A stretch of DNA of 64,000 bases from NCBI GenBank assembly GCA_002269645.1, contig NIVC01000114.1, positions 868,001-932,000 on the forward strand. The letters are read 5' to 3'. Shown piece after piece: positions 24,601 through 34,665 of this stretch. Position 1 is the stretch's first letter, and each line of letters opens with the position of its first letter. A program made the translations under genes and the position numbers. The notes below the pieces were generated by a model that ran no database searches, was not told the origin of the DNA, and saw only the letters and a list, made by a program, of their open reading frames with translations. The DNA is from Macrostomum lignano. Taxonomy: Eukaryota.

Positions 24601-27600
24601 GTGTACTCGGTCAGATCAGCGTGTCTGCAGAGTTTCCAGGTAAAGCCAAGCAGCTTCTTCCTCTTCTAGTGGTATCTGGATCCGGGTCCAGCCTCATCGG
24701 TAGGAACTGGCTGGCTGTACTGCCGTTGAATTGGGGGAGCGTCAAGCAGCTGCACGAAGCGTCGGCTCCAAAGGATCAGCAAGTGCAGAAGTTGCTAGAG
24801 AGGTTCAGCTCCGTTTTCTCGAGTGGCCTCGGCTGCTACACGGGTGAACCTCTGAAACTGCGAGTGAAGCCCGGGGCGCGACCCAAGTTCATGAAGGCGC
24901 GGCAGGTACCTTTCGCTTTGAAGTCCAAAGTGGAAGAGCAGCTCGAGCGGGAGATCCAGCAGGGCATTCTGCGGCCGGTCTCCGATTCGGAGTATGCGTC
25001 CCCAATCGTGCCGGTACTGAAGTCGGACGGCTCCGTCAGAATCTGCGCAGATTTCAAGTGCACGGTAAACCAGGACGTGGAGATGGACTGCTACCCGCTG
25101 CCAAGGATTGAGGAGTTGTTCGCCAAGCTCACCGGCGGCCAAAAGTTCACCAAGCTGGACCTCAGCCAGGCATACATGCAGCTTCCGCTCGACGAAGAGT
25201 CTCAGCGCTTGTGCACCATCAACACCTCGAAGGGTTTGCTGAGGTATACAAGGCTACCGTTTGGAATCTCACCAGCAGTTGGAATCTTCCAGAGAACCAT
25301 GGACGGCCTGCTGCATGGTGCACAGCATACGGCAACCTTTATTGATGACGTGTTGGTGACCGGCGCCGATGACGCTGAGCACCTCGAGAATCTGGAGACC
25401 GTCCTGCAGCGCCTGAAGGATGCCGGGCTGAAGTGCCGGCTTGACAAATGCCGCTTCATGGAGAATTCGGTGACTTATTTGGGGCATCGGATTGACGCCC
25501 AGGGCCTACATCCGATGAGTGACAAGGTCAACGCGATCGTTGACGCGCCGATGCCAAAGGACGTCACGCAGTTGCGCAGTTTCTTGGGCCTCCTCAACTA
25601 TTACGGCCGGTTTCTGCCGAACCTGTCCAGCGTTCTGGCTCCTCTGCACCGGCTTCTCGAGAAAGGAACTGTCTGGCGATGGGGCGAAGCGCAGTCCGAT
25701 GCTTTCCGGCGCAGCAAGGAGCTGCTATTGAGCTCGCAGGCGCTTGTCCATTTCGACGTCAAAAAGGAGGTGATTCTGGAGTGTGATAGTTCGCCATACG
25801 GGGTCGGGGCCGTCATCTGCCACCGGATTGATGGCCTTGAAAGGCCGATTGCCTTCGCGTCCCGATCGCTCGCCGACGCCGAGAGGAACTATTCGCAGAC
25901 AGAGAAGGAAGCCCTGGCGATCATTTTTGGGATCAAGCACTTCCACGCCTACCTCTATGGCAAAACCTTTGAGCTCAAGAGCGACCACAAGCCGCTACTG
26001 GGCCTGCTACACGAGAGCAAGGCCATTCCACCACTGGCTTCGGCTAGGATCCAGCGTTGGGCTCTGCTGCTTTCGAACTACTCGTATCGACTGCAGTATC
26101 GCAAGGGAACTTCGCTACTGCGGGCTGACGCTCTGAGTCGGCTGCCGCTGCCGACGAAGTCAGTGGAGACGCCGTCACCAGCTGAGGTAGTGCTGCTCAT
26201 CGATGCGTTCAATGAGGGACCCGTGACGGCTGCTCAAGTTCGCGGCTGGACAAGAAAGGACCCGCTGCTCAGTCGAGTGCTGCGGCTCGTGCAAGGTGGA
26301 TGGCCGGAGTGTCCTCGGCTGGATGCGGAACTGCAGCCGTACGCAGTTAGGGCGGCAGAGCTGAGCTTGGAGGACGGCTGCCTGCTGTGGGGCAACCGTG
26401 TGATTGTGCCGGTTCAGGGTCGACAAGCACTGCTCGATTGTCTACATCAGAGCCACCAAGGAGCTTCTAGGATGAAGTCTCTGGCCCGAGGATATTTCTG
26501 GTGGCCGGGATTGGACCGGGACATCGAGAAGCTGTCGCAGAACTGCGGCGAGTGCCAGCGTCATCAGAACTGCCCGCCGCCAGCCCTCCTGCAGCCGTGG
26601 CCGTGGCCGGACAAGCCGTGGTCCCGGATCCACCTGGACTACGCTGGACCAGTCGAGGGAAAAATGCTGTTAGTACTGGTGGACGCTCATTCGAAATGGA
26701 TTGAAGTCCACATTTGCCAGTCCGCCACCAGTGCTGCCACCATCGATCGGCTAAGAAGGACTTTCAGTCAGCTGGGACTGCCTGAGGTCGTAGTGAGCGA
26801 CAACGGTCCGAATTTCGTGAGCCAAGAGATGAGCAACTTCTTGGCCAGTAACGGCATCCGGCATATCAAAGTGGCTCCATATCATCCATCGTCCAACGGA
26901 TTGGCCGAGCGAGCGGTCCAGACGGTGAAGGCGGCCCTGGCGAAGGGGCGGCCGGCGTCCCTGCAGTTTCGGCTAGCTCGGTTCCTGCTGACCTACCGGG
27001 TCACTCCACACAGCACAACTGGTGCTCCACCCTGCCAGCTGATGATGGGCAGGCAGCTGCGGACGCTTCTAGACATTGTGCGGCCCGATGTCTCGGCTAC
27101 AGTCAGGCGCAGCCAGGACTCGCAAAAGGAGTACCACGACCTGCGAGCCAGGGATCGCAACTTCGAAGAAGGCGACGGTGTCCTGGTGCGCGACTTCAAC
27201 GGTCCGGAGAAGTGGGCGCCGGCCTCCGTGAGTCGCCAGACCGGGCCGCTGTCCTACGAGTGCCGCCTGCCCGACGAGCGCATCGTGCGGCGGCATGCCG
27301 ACCACCTGGTGCCGGCGACAATCTCACCTGAGCAAGCTGCGGGATCGGCTCAGTCAGGTGGGGCGGCGCCACAGCTTCTGACTCCGTCAGTGACAACGTC
27401 TGAAGCGCCACCGCCGTCGCTGCCGCCGCCGCCGCTGCCGCCCCCGATGCTGCGGCGTTCGGAGAGGACTACAAGGGCACCGGATCGACTGACCTACGAG
27501 TGAACTTGATCTGACAGTGACTGACAGTTTTTTTTGGGTGTTGGGTTTTTTTTCTTTTCTTTTTTGTTGTTGCAAGTTCTGTTGCTTTTGTCTTGGCATG

Positions 27601-30600
27601 GAGGGATGTGATAGCTTGGCCTGCGTGCGCGCTGGGGGCGGGGCTAGGTTGAGTTGTTTTGCTCTCTCTCTCTCTCTCTCGCTGCATGTACTTGCTAGCG
27701 CGGGTTGGGGGGGTGCGGTGAGTATGCCGATCGATAACAAATAGTTAATATAAAGCAGGCTTTTTAGCCAGTAAAGTTTTTCGTGCTTTTGAGCTAAAAT
27801 AAAGTTTTGTCTTGACTTTATTTCACTTTGATTAACACCTATTTTAACTTTGCTTAACTATCAAGGGAATATAGTTGGTTTACAGTGTCTCTCTTTCCTA
27901 GGATTTTCCTAGATATTCCTTACGGAATTTTACAATCGTTTATGTTAAACGCATCAGTGAAAAAGCAAAAACAAGGGGCACCGAGACTTCACAATTTTAC
28001 AATCAAGACGGGAGAAAAGGATTGAGTCTACAGAATTATCTGATCAGATAATTCTGTTCAGGATATAATTATGCGTTACAACGCCGCCTTTCGAAACCGT
28101 TCTCAAAGGAGCCCTTCAGATGTTTTTTTTGAATCCAACTCAGTCTCAAAAGAGTTTGCAAACAAGTTTATACCCTGACCTATCGATGTCACTTTAGTTG
28201 CTACCAAAACATTTCTTACAGCGTCAGACCCAAAAAAGTGATTTAGTGGCAGGGGCTCGGGGAATCCGGATGCATTGGGAAGACAGCAAACTCGATATCC
28301 TAAATATTTCTAAAAACTGAAGTTGCTAGCTGACAAGAAAGCTGTTTGGGCATGCGAGAAAGCTCTAAATAAATTTATTGCATTGCCTACATTATCAAAA
28401 CAAAGACTGCAGATCCTTACGCAATAAAATTAAATCAACGGCAAAAAGTTTTTAATCTGAGGCTTTGAGTACACCAAATTGCATCTGAAGCTTCTCAAAA
28501 GCTTAGGAAACTTACGTAGAAATTTAGAAATCCACGAAGAGAAAAACAAGTAGTTAAACATTCCGATCTGAGGCTTTGCACATGCCGAAACCCATCTGCA
28601 GCTTCCCAATGGCTCAAACACTCACGTGGAGTTTCCGTCACTGCAGACTCCGCCGTTCTGACAGGGCCCTGACAGGCAGTAGTCAGTGTCCACTGAGCAG
28701 CTCCTGCCCTCCCAGCCTGTGAAGCAGCTGCAGCTGTAGTTTTTCACCAGGTCCGTGCACAGGCCGTTGGCGCAGGGCTTGCTGGCGCAGTCATCAATGT
28801 TGTTTTGACACCTGTCACCTGCGAATCCCGTGACAGTGCAGTCGCAGGTGAATCTGAAAAGAGGATAAAATTCAGCTCTATTGTAACAGAAATGCTCAAA
28901 GTTTTTCTATCGGCGGTTTTGGTGATAAATTTTAATAACTGTTACAAACGAAGATTGTAAAATCCGGAAAAGGGTTTTATAGTTTCGAAATCCTACCCTC
29001 ACCGCAACCGTATGGTAGTTCAAGTAGCCACTACAGAAACAAAATTTAAAATAGAAACTGGAAAGCAACCAGCTCGTCACTTTACTAACGAAAACTGAAG
29101 GGTTGGCGTGTCAGGCCATGGCTGTTTTGTCAGACTTCACTACCGTCAGGAACAAATCTCATTCTGCATCTCCGGTGTTGAGAAAGCGGAGCACTTCATC
29201 TGTGAAGGCACCGCCTCTACTTGGGACAGGCTCACCTGCGTCGACCCCAACCCGATTATTTCCGACGTTTTCAGACCCGAGAATTTCTGCCAACTCGTCT
29301 GCTACCTGAGGGCTACCGGGCCAGCAAATACCCACCTCCGGGACTCTTTGGAGGGAGACCGCCCTGCAGACACTGGCACCACACGCCTCCCCGCTGCGTT
29401 TGGGTGCCCGAATCCCCTGCAGCTGAGTCAAGTCATCAAGGAGAACTCACGTGCCGTTGCCATCAATGCACCTGCCGCCATTGAGGCAAGCGCCCGTTGG
29501 ACAGTCGTTGTGGTTGAAGCTGCAGTTCCTGCCCTCCCAGCCTGTGAAGCAGCTGCAGCTGTAGTTTTTCAGCAGGTCCGTGCACAGGCCGTTGATGCAG
29601 GGCTTGCTGGCGCAGTCATCAATGTTGCTTTGGCACTTGTCACCTGCGAATCCCGTGTCTGTGCAGTCGCAGGTGAATCTGAAAAGAGGATAAAATTCAG
29701 CTCTATTGTTACAGAAATGGTTGGAAATCCGAGTTTTCTATTGGCGGTTCCGGTAATAAATTTTAAGAACTTTTACAAACGAAAATTGTAAAACTCGGAG
29801 TAAGGTTTTATAGTTTCGAAATCCTACTTACACCGCAACCCTATATTAGCTGCAGTAGCCACTACAGAAACAAACTTATCATTTGAAACTGGAAAACAAC
29901 CAGCCCGTAACTTTAGTAAAAAATTGGAGGATGTGCGCATCAAGTCATGGCTGTCTTGTCAGACATCGCTGCCTCCAGGAAAACCCATTTTGTCTATAGG
30001 GTGTTGAGAATGCGGAGCACTTCATCTGTGAATGCCCCGCCTTTACTCAGGACAGGCTCTTCTACCTTGGCACAAACCCGGGCCTTTCCGACGGTTTCAG
30101 GGCCGAGAATTTCTGCAAGCTCGTCCGCTACTTAAAGGCTACCGGGCTAGACTCGATCCACCCCTTGGACTCTCCAGAGGGGGACCACGGTGCGGTCACC
30201 GGCACCACCGGATCTCCATGTGTGAAACCGCAGTACCAGCTGCCCGCAGTGGCCAGGGTTAACAAAAGGGACTTCAACGCCTCCCCGCTGCATCCAGACT
30301 CCAAGAACCCCTGCAGCTGAGTCAAGTCAACAAGGAGAACTCACGTGCCGTTGCCATCAATGCACCTGCCGCCATTGAGGCAGGCGCCGGTTGGACAGTC
30401 GTTGTGGTTGATGTTGCAGTTCCTGCCCTCCCAGCCTGTAAAGCAGCTGCAGCTGTAGTCATTCACCAAGTCTGAGCACAGGCCGTTGGCGCAGGGCTTG
30501 CTGGCGCAGTCATCAATGTTGATCTCGCAGTCGGTGCCTGTGAAGTTAAAAAGGAATTTCAAAAATAGCAAAGAAAATCATCTTGCTTGTTCGCTTTCCT

Positions 30601-33600
30601 GATTCAGCACAATTTTTTTAACGAAAAGTCAATTTCAAGCGGAAGTCAAAGCATCAAATGCACAAAACCTCGAATGTTTCTTATCGCCTTCCAGACAGTG
30701 CAGAACAGAAACGAAAGCGGAAAGCTGAGCAATGTCACTCAAAGCAGCCTGAATGTTCCTGGCAACCAGAGCACCATGCGCTAAAAGCATGTCTATCATG
30801 CATGTATTACGCGTACTAAAGATGAATAGCATTGTCTCAAACTGCAGACAAATCAAATATTATATTGGCACTACAGGGGCTAAGGGGGCGCCTAGGAGGT
30901 GCCGCTCTTTGATTAGATTTGAGTACAATCTGAGTAGGTACGGGCTACAATAGAAAACTCGCACACAAAGCCATCATAACCATAAAGTGAAAAAAAAAAA
31001 TTCTGAATGGTGACAGAGCGAGCAGCACCGATTTCTGGCCATGAACAGATATTTCTTGTGCGATGAACGGAAAGAGCAATCGAAACGTGGCGATAGCTGG
31101 GCGCCCCTGTCTCTAAGATGGGCGCTCCAGTCTCTGAGGTGGGCGCCCCTGTCTCTAAGATGGGCGCTCCAGTCTCTGAGGTGGGCGCCCCTGTCTCTGA
31201 GGTGGGCGCCCTGTCTCTGAGGTGGGCGCCTCTGTCTCTGAGGTGGGCACCCCTGTCTCTGAGGTGGGCGCCCCTTTCTCTGAGGTGGCCGCTCCTGTCT
31301 CTGAGGTGGCCGTCCCTGTCTCTGAGGTGGGCGCCCCTGTCTCTGAGGTGGGCGCCCTGTCTCTGAGGTGGGCGCCCCTGTCTCTGAGGTGGGCGCCCTG
31401 TCTCTGAGGTGGGCGCCCTGTCTCTGAGGTGGGCGCCCTGTCTCTGAGGTGGGCGCCCTGTCTCTGAGGTGGGCGCCCTGTCTCTGAGGTGGGCGCCCTG
31501 TCTCTGAGGTGGGCGCCCCTGTCTCTGGGGTTGGCGCCCCTGTCTCTGAGGTGGGCGCCCTGTCTCTGAGGTGGGCGTCCCTGTCTCTGAGGTGGGCGCC
31601 CTGTCTCTGAGGTGGGCGCCCCTGTCTCTGGGGTTGGCGCCCCTGTCTCTGAGGTGGGCGCCCTGTCTCTGAGGTGGGCGCCCCTTCTTTGAGGTTGGCG
31701 CTCATGTCTGTGAGGTTGGCGCTCCTGTCTCTGAGGTGGGCGCCCCTGTCTCTGAGGTGGGCGCCCCTGTCTCTCGGGTTGGCGCCCTATAGCTACATGA
31801 AATTCCGAAGCTGGTGTTGCCATTTTCAAGAGGTGGCAAAAGTTGAGCCTTTGTCATTTAACGAGATTGTTTAAATCTTTCCTTCAGTTTTTAATGATAA
31901 AAATTTTGGTAGGGTGCAATTTTATCCACCCCGCCTCCATTCGCTATCTCTCTGCAGCCACTGAGTATTTGTAGCAATTCAGTAGTTTGGCTTACATCTT
32001 TTTTTGCTATGCATTTTGTCAAAAAGGTAAACCAACAAAACAAAAAATCAATATTTAACAGTCAAATGGCTTTCTATTATTAATATATTTTCTCAGGCAA
32101 TTCGCAGGTGCGTCAATTTCAACTGGCTTTGCCCCACCTGGTCACCCACCTGTGTAGCCGGGAACGCAGCTGCAGTGATACCAGGGGCTCGCGTCTGAGT
32201 TGCTGCAGGTGCCTCCGTTTTGGCAGGGATTGGAGACTGTAGCGCCACCGTCCGAAGATATAGCACAGAAGTTTATTCTATCAGTGCAATATGTACCAGT
32301 GTACGCGTCAGGGCACAGACACGGAGGAGTGCTTGACGTCACAGCACCCGGCCAGCAAATGCCGCCATTCTTGCAGTCGCCCTCGCTGCAGGCGGCTCGC
32401 CTCGTCCGCGCCAATTCGTTGGCGTCCTCGTCGAACTCTGCAAAACAATTTTGGCGTTTAAAATTATCAGAATTTATTTGATAGGTCAGATAATTCAGTA
32501 AAATCCGGTTTTTAGAAACCCAGCAACCAAAGCATGTTGCGCTAAAACTTCACTATCTATCAAGCATATATGTATACTAGAGCTTGATAGCCGCAAGCTT
32601 GAAAGAAAATCTGAAGGATAACATTGATAGCTGCAGTGGCGAACGCAGGAATTATAATTCGGGGCCCTAAAGGGGCGACAATATTCGGTGTCTTGGATTA
32701 AAAAACTGAAATCTCGCTTGTATAGAAGATTACTCATGACATGATCAGCTGAGCACAATCAAAATTTGAATCGTTGCATCAGCGAGCAATGCGATTTGAT
32801 TCGAGTAGAATATGAGTAGATACGAGCTACGATAAAGAACCTGGACACGCAAGCATCCTAATAATGAAATAGAAATTCAAAACTTCCGAATGGTGGCAGA
32901 GCCAGCAGCAGCGGATCCTGAATTGAAACTGATTTCTTCTAAGACTTGTGCGATGAACAGAAGAAGCAATGGAAACGTGACGATAGCGTTTTGGCGCCCC
33001 CAAACACTTTGTTAGGCGCCCCTGTCTCTTGGTGGGCGCTCCGGACTCTTAAGTGGGCGCCCATATAAGAAACCGGAGACAGGACACACTAAAAGATTTT
33101 TTATTTTATAAAGCCAAATTAATTTGATAGGACATGCAGATTTGCTAATTAAGTCGCTTAAGCTTAATTGCGTCGGCTGCATCAGCTAAAATTGTGATCT
33201 AAAAACTATTTTGTATCTAACAGTTGCGATTCTGAGAAAAACTGAGCAAATTTCATTTACGTTAGATTCATTTGGGGCTTGTGTGCACGGAAGTTGGCCC
33301 GGAGATTGTCGTGTGATTTACCGCAATGAAGGCCAGCCAACAAGGCACAAAAAGTGTACGAGCTACATGCCTGACGATTACAAATCCAGGGTCACTGTGG
33401 ACCCAATGCTCAGAAGTCGGTGGAATTACCGTCAGCGCTTTCTTTGGGACAATGTCGTCAAAGGCGCTGCGCCAGTTTGCCTACAGTCCTAATTCAAATA
33501 TTTTTGTTCGTATTTTATCAAAGCCTGACACATCAGGTGTGTGCGGGCTATGGAATCCATTGGATCCGGACAGACTGTCGCTCCGATGAGCAGCCGAATA

Positions 33601-33915
33601 TATTCTGGAATTGAAATGCTATCCAAAGACCAAGAGCTTTTCAGTGTCTAGATTTTAACAAGAACATGGCGTGTTATAGAGTTCACATCTGGGTCCTTCT
33701 CATGGGCTCTTAGGGTTATTTCGGTACTTTAATTGGCATTCGTATTATAAAAAAGCAAGCTTTACCGAAGAAAACATTAGCAAGCGTAAAAATCACGTCA
33801 ACTCACCAGCTGACTGTAAATCCTTTGAAACGGACTTGGAAGAGACCAGAGATGCCAGGTTTAACATCAAGATTATTTCCAAAGTCAGTAGCAGCTGTGC
33901 TTTGCATGAAAACAT
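18662..33915 (-). CDS. Crumbs-like EGF/laminin-G type I membrane protein, array copy 3 (complete model)
   Basis: Exons 33915-33807 (signal MFSCKAQLLLTLEIILMLNLASLVSS), 32437-32150, 30537-30345, 29678-29451, 28853-28626, 23216-22730, 22656-22085, 22015-21816, 21715-21585 (TM), 21497-21426, 21336-21262, 18790-18662. Exon lengths match copy 2; Gypsy and 2.25-kb insertions lie in introns. Confidence 0.8.
18880..21129. mobile_element. 2250-bp non-coding insertion with TGATGTAACC..GGTTACATCA ends and TCGA duplication (solo LTR or non-autonomous TE)
   Basis: Absent from the paralogous site at 10221-10235 (ggtgtcgattaatt); 10-bp terminal inverted repeat; TCGA at 18876-18879 and 21130-21133. Confidence 0.85.
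23305..23523 (+). repeat. 5' LTR (219 bp)
   Basis: tgtgatagc...tttatttca, followed by a 1-nt spacer and the PBS. Confidence 0.95.
23525..23605 (-). tRNA. tRNA-Ser(GCU)-derived copy with encoded CCA occupying the PBS (acceptor stem broken; not a canonical tRNA gene)
   Basis: Minus strand reads AGG TG GCC GAGTGGTTAT GGC A ATGGA TTGCTAA TCCAT T GGGGTTTCCCC GC GTGGG TTCGTAT CCCAT CCTCGTC G CCA. D, anticodon, variable and T arms pair; tRNA positions 1-4 are absent. Confidence 0.85.
23592..27503 (+). CDS. Gag-Pol polyprotein (Gag with two zinc knuckles, protease, RT, RNase H, integrase)
   Basis: Frame is open from 23592 (LYSIGPFEPETEDWSQYKERIEQVF..). Motifs: CFKCGKMGHTAAAC, IDTGAAVS, RLPFGIS, FIDD, CDSSPYGVGA, TEKEAL, HQSHQG..CGEC, HLDYAGP, SDNGPNF, SNGLAER. 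There is no in-frame ATG at the 5' end. Confidence 0.95.
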   Translation, partial: PLGHLYSIGPFEPETEDWSQYKERIEQVFIANEIESEEKKRAVFLSVCGKDTYRLVTSLLAPVKPSEASFANICEKLDDHWDPKPSEIVQRFHFYQRVRESSESVADFLAALRRLAVHCNFGNSLSTMLRDRLVLGIQDDRIQRRLLSETELDLDRALAISQAVELATKGCNLVKGSSSGTPQTASAASVDQVGQTTAVATQRPAKRFYRCLSAKHLAAKCPFMKKACFKCGKMGHTAAACRGGSDSAGAEPRSQVAAVEEESQDCGSLNTLPSAAAKVPPYITTVLLNGVSCQMEIDTGAAVSLISARAYHDLLGGAPELERTPIRLRNYCGQPVSVLGQISVSAEFPGKAKQLLPLLVVSGSGSSLIGRNWLAVLPLNWGSVKQLHEASAPKDQQVQKLLERFSSVFSSGLGCYTGEPLKLRVKPGARPKFMKARQVPFALKSKVEEQLEREIQQGILRPVSDSEYASPIVPVLKSDGSVRICADFKCTVNQDVEMDCYPLPRIEELFAKLTGGQKFTKLDLSQAYMQLPLDEESQRLCTINTSKGLLRYTRLPFGISPAVGIFQRTMDGLLHGAQHTATFIDDVLVTGADDAEHLENLETVLQRLKDAGLKCRLDKCRFMENSVTYLGHRIDAQGLHPMSDKVNAIVDAPMPKDVTQLRSFLGLLNYYGRFLPNLSSVLAPLHRLLEKGTVWRWGEAQSDAFRRSKELLLSSQALVHFDVKKEVILECDSSPYGVGAVICHRIDGLERPIAFASRSLADAERNYSQTEKEALAIIFGIKHFHAYLYGKTFELKSDHKPLLGLLHESKAIPPLASARIQRWALLLSNYSYRLQYRKGTSLLRADALSRLPLPTKSVETPSPAEVVLLIDAFNEGPVTAAQVRGWTRKDPLLSRVLRLVQGGWPECPRLDAELQPYAVRAAELSLEDGCLLWGNRVIVPVQGRQALLDCLHQSHQGASRMKSLARGYFWWPGLDRDIEKLSQNCGECQRHQNCPPPALLQPWPWPDKPWSRIHLDYAGPVEGKMLLVLVDAHSKWIEVHICQSATSAATIDRLRRTFSQLGLPEVVVSDNGPNFVSQEMSNFLASNGIRHIKVAPYHPSSNGLAERAVQTVKAALAKGRPASLQFRLARFLLTYRVTPHSTTGAPPCQLMMGRQLRTLLDIVRPDVSATVRRSQDSQKEYHDLRARDRNFEEGDGVLVRDFNGPEKWAPASVSRQTGPLSYECRLPDERIVRRHADHLVPATISPEQAAGSAQSGGAAPQLLTPSVTTSEAPPPSLPPPPLPPPMLRRSERTTRAPDRLTYE
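27607..27825 (+). repeat. 3' LTR (219 bp)
   Basis: Same sequence as the 5' LTR, preceded by the PPT. Confidence 0.95.
31095..31788. repeat. Same minisatellite family, copy 3 intron
   Basis: 20/21-bp units gaggtgggcgccc(c)tgtctct. Confidence 0.95.
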
Positions 33916-34665
33916 TGCGGATCAACGGTTATGTTTGATTGTGGTTTCTATTGAAGCTGCAATCAGTCTTGATCGACTTGGAGAAATGTTCTCGAGGCAT
34001 GAAGTATTAGTGCGATTTTTTATTTAGGATGCAACAAAGACCCAAGCCTCCAATTTCGAAGTTTTGAACTGATTAGAAAACATGAAGAACTAAAGACAGT
34101 GACGGCTTAAAAAATCATTAAAACTGTCGTCGTTACTAATTAATAATTTTTTATTTATCGTGCAAATTACGAGCCACTAAAGACATTTGCTTCATTTACA
34201 GCAAAATCTACGAAATAAATGAATTTGTTTTAATGCTTGGATAAATTGTATCGACGCTAAAACAGCGCAAAAATTGATTCACCGATAACGTGGTCATGAT
34301 TAGCGCCTTACTGATTACTGCCAAAAACTGGACAGTACTGGCTAATACTGTATTGTAAAGAACATGAAAGCTGTTCGCGAACTGAGTCTATGGAAAATAC
34401 TCGTAATCAATTACTCGTGAGTATTGTGCTCAGAATCTAATGACATGCATTAAAATAAATATCATTTGTTTGTTTTACTCTGAGCGTTTAAAACTACAGA
34501 AAGTAGCAGCATTAAAATAATCGCAACCAAATGAAAAAATGAAATAAATAACAAATAAATCTAGATTAAACAGATAATACAAGTAAAGTAAGCTACAACT
34601 CTAAGCAATGTATGAATAAAAATGTTTTCGAAAATTGCGCGAAGTCTCATGAAATGGGATCGTCA

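Larger units (their letters stand above)
23305..27825 (+). mobile_element. Full-length young Ty3/Gypsy LTR retrotransposon (Mag-like) in an intron of copy 3, antisense to the host gene
   Basis: Two 219-bp TG..CA LTRs that look identical, Ser-tRNA PBS at 23525, polypurine GGAGGGA at 27600-27606, target duplication gtttg/ctttg. The empty site is visible in the paralogous copy 2 intron (~12385-12400, cattgtttgataaacac). Confidence 0.97.
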
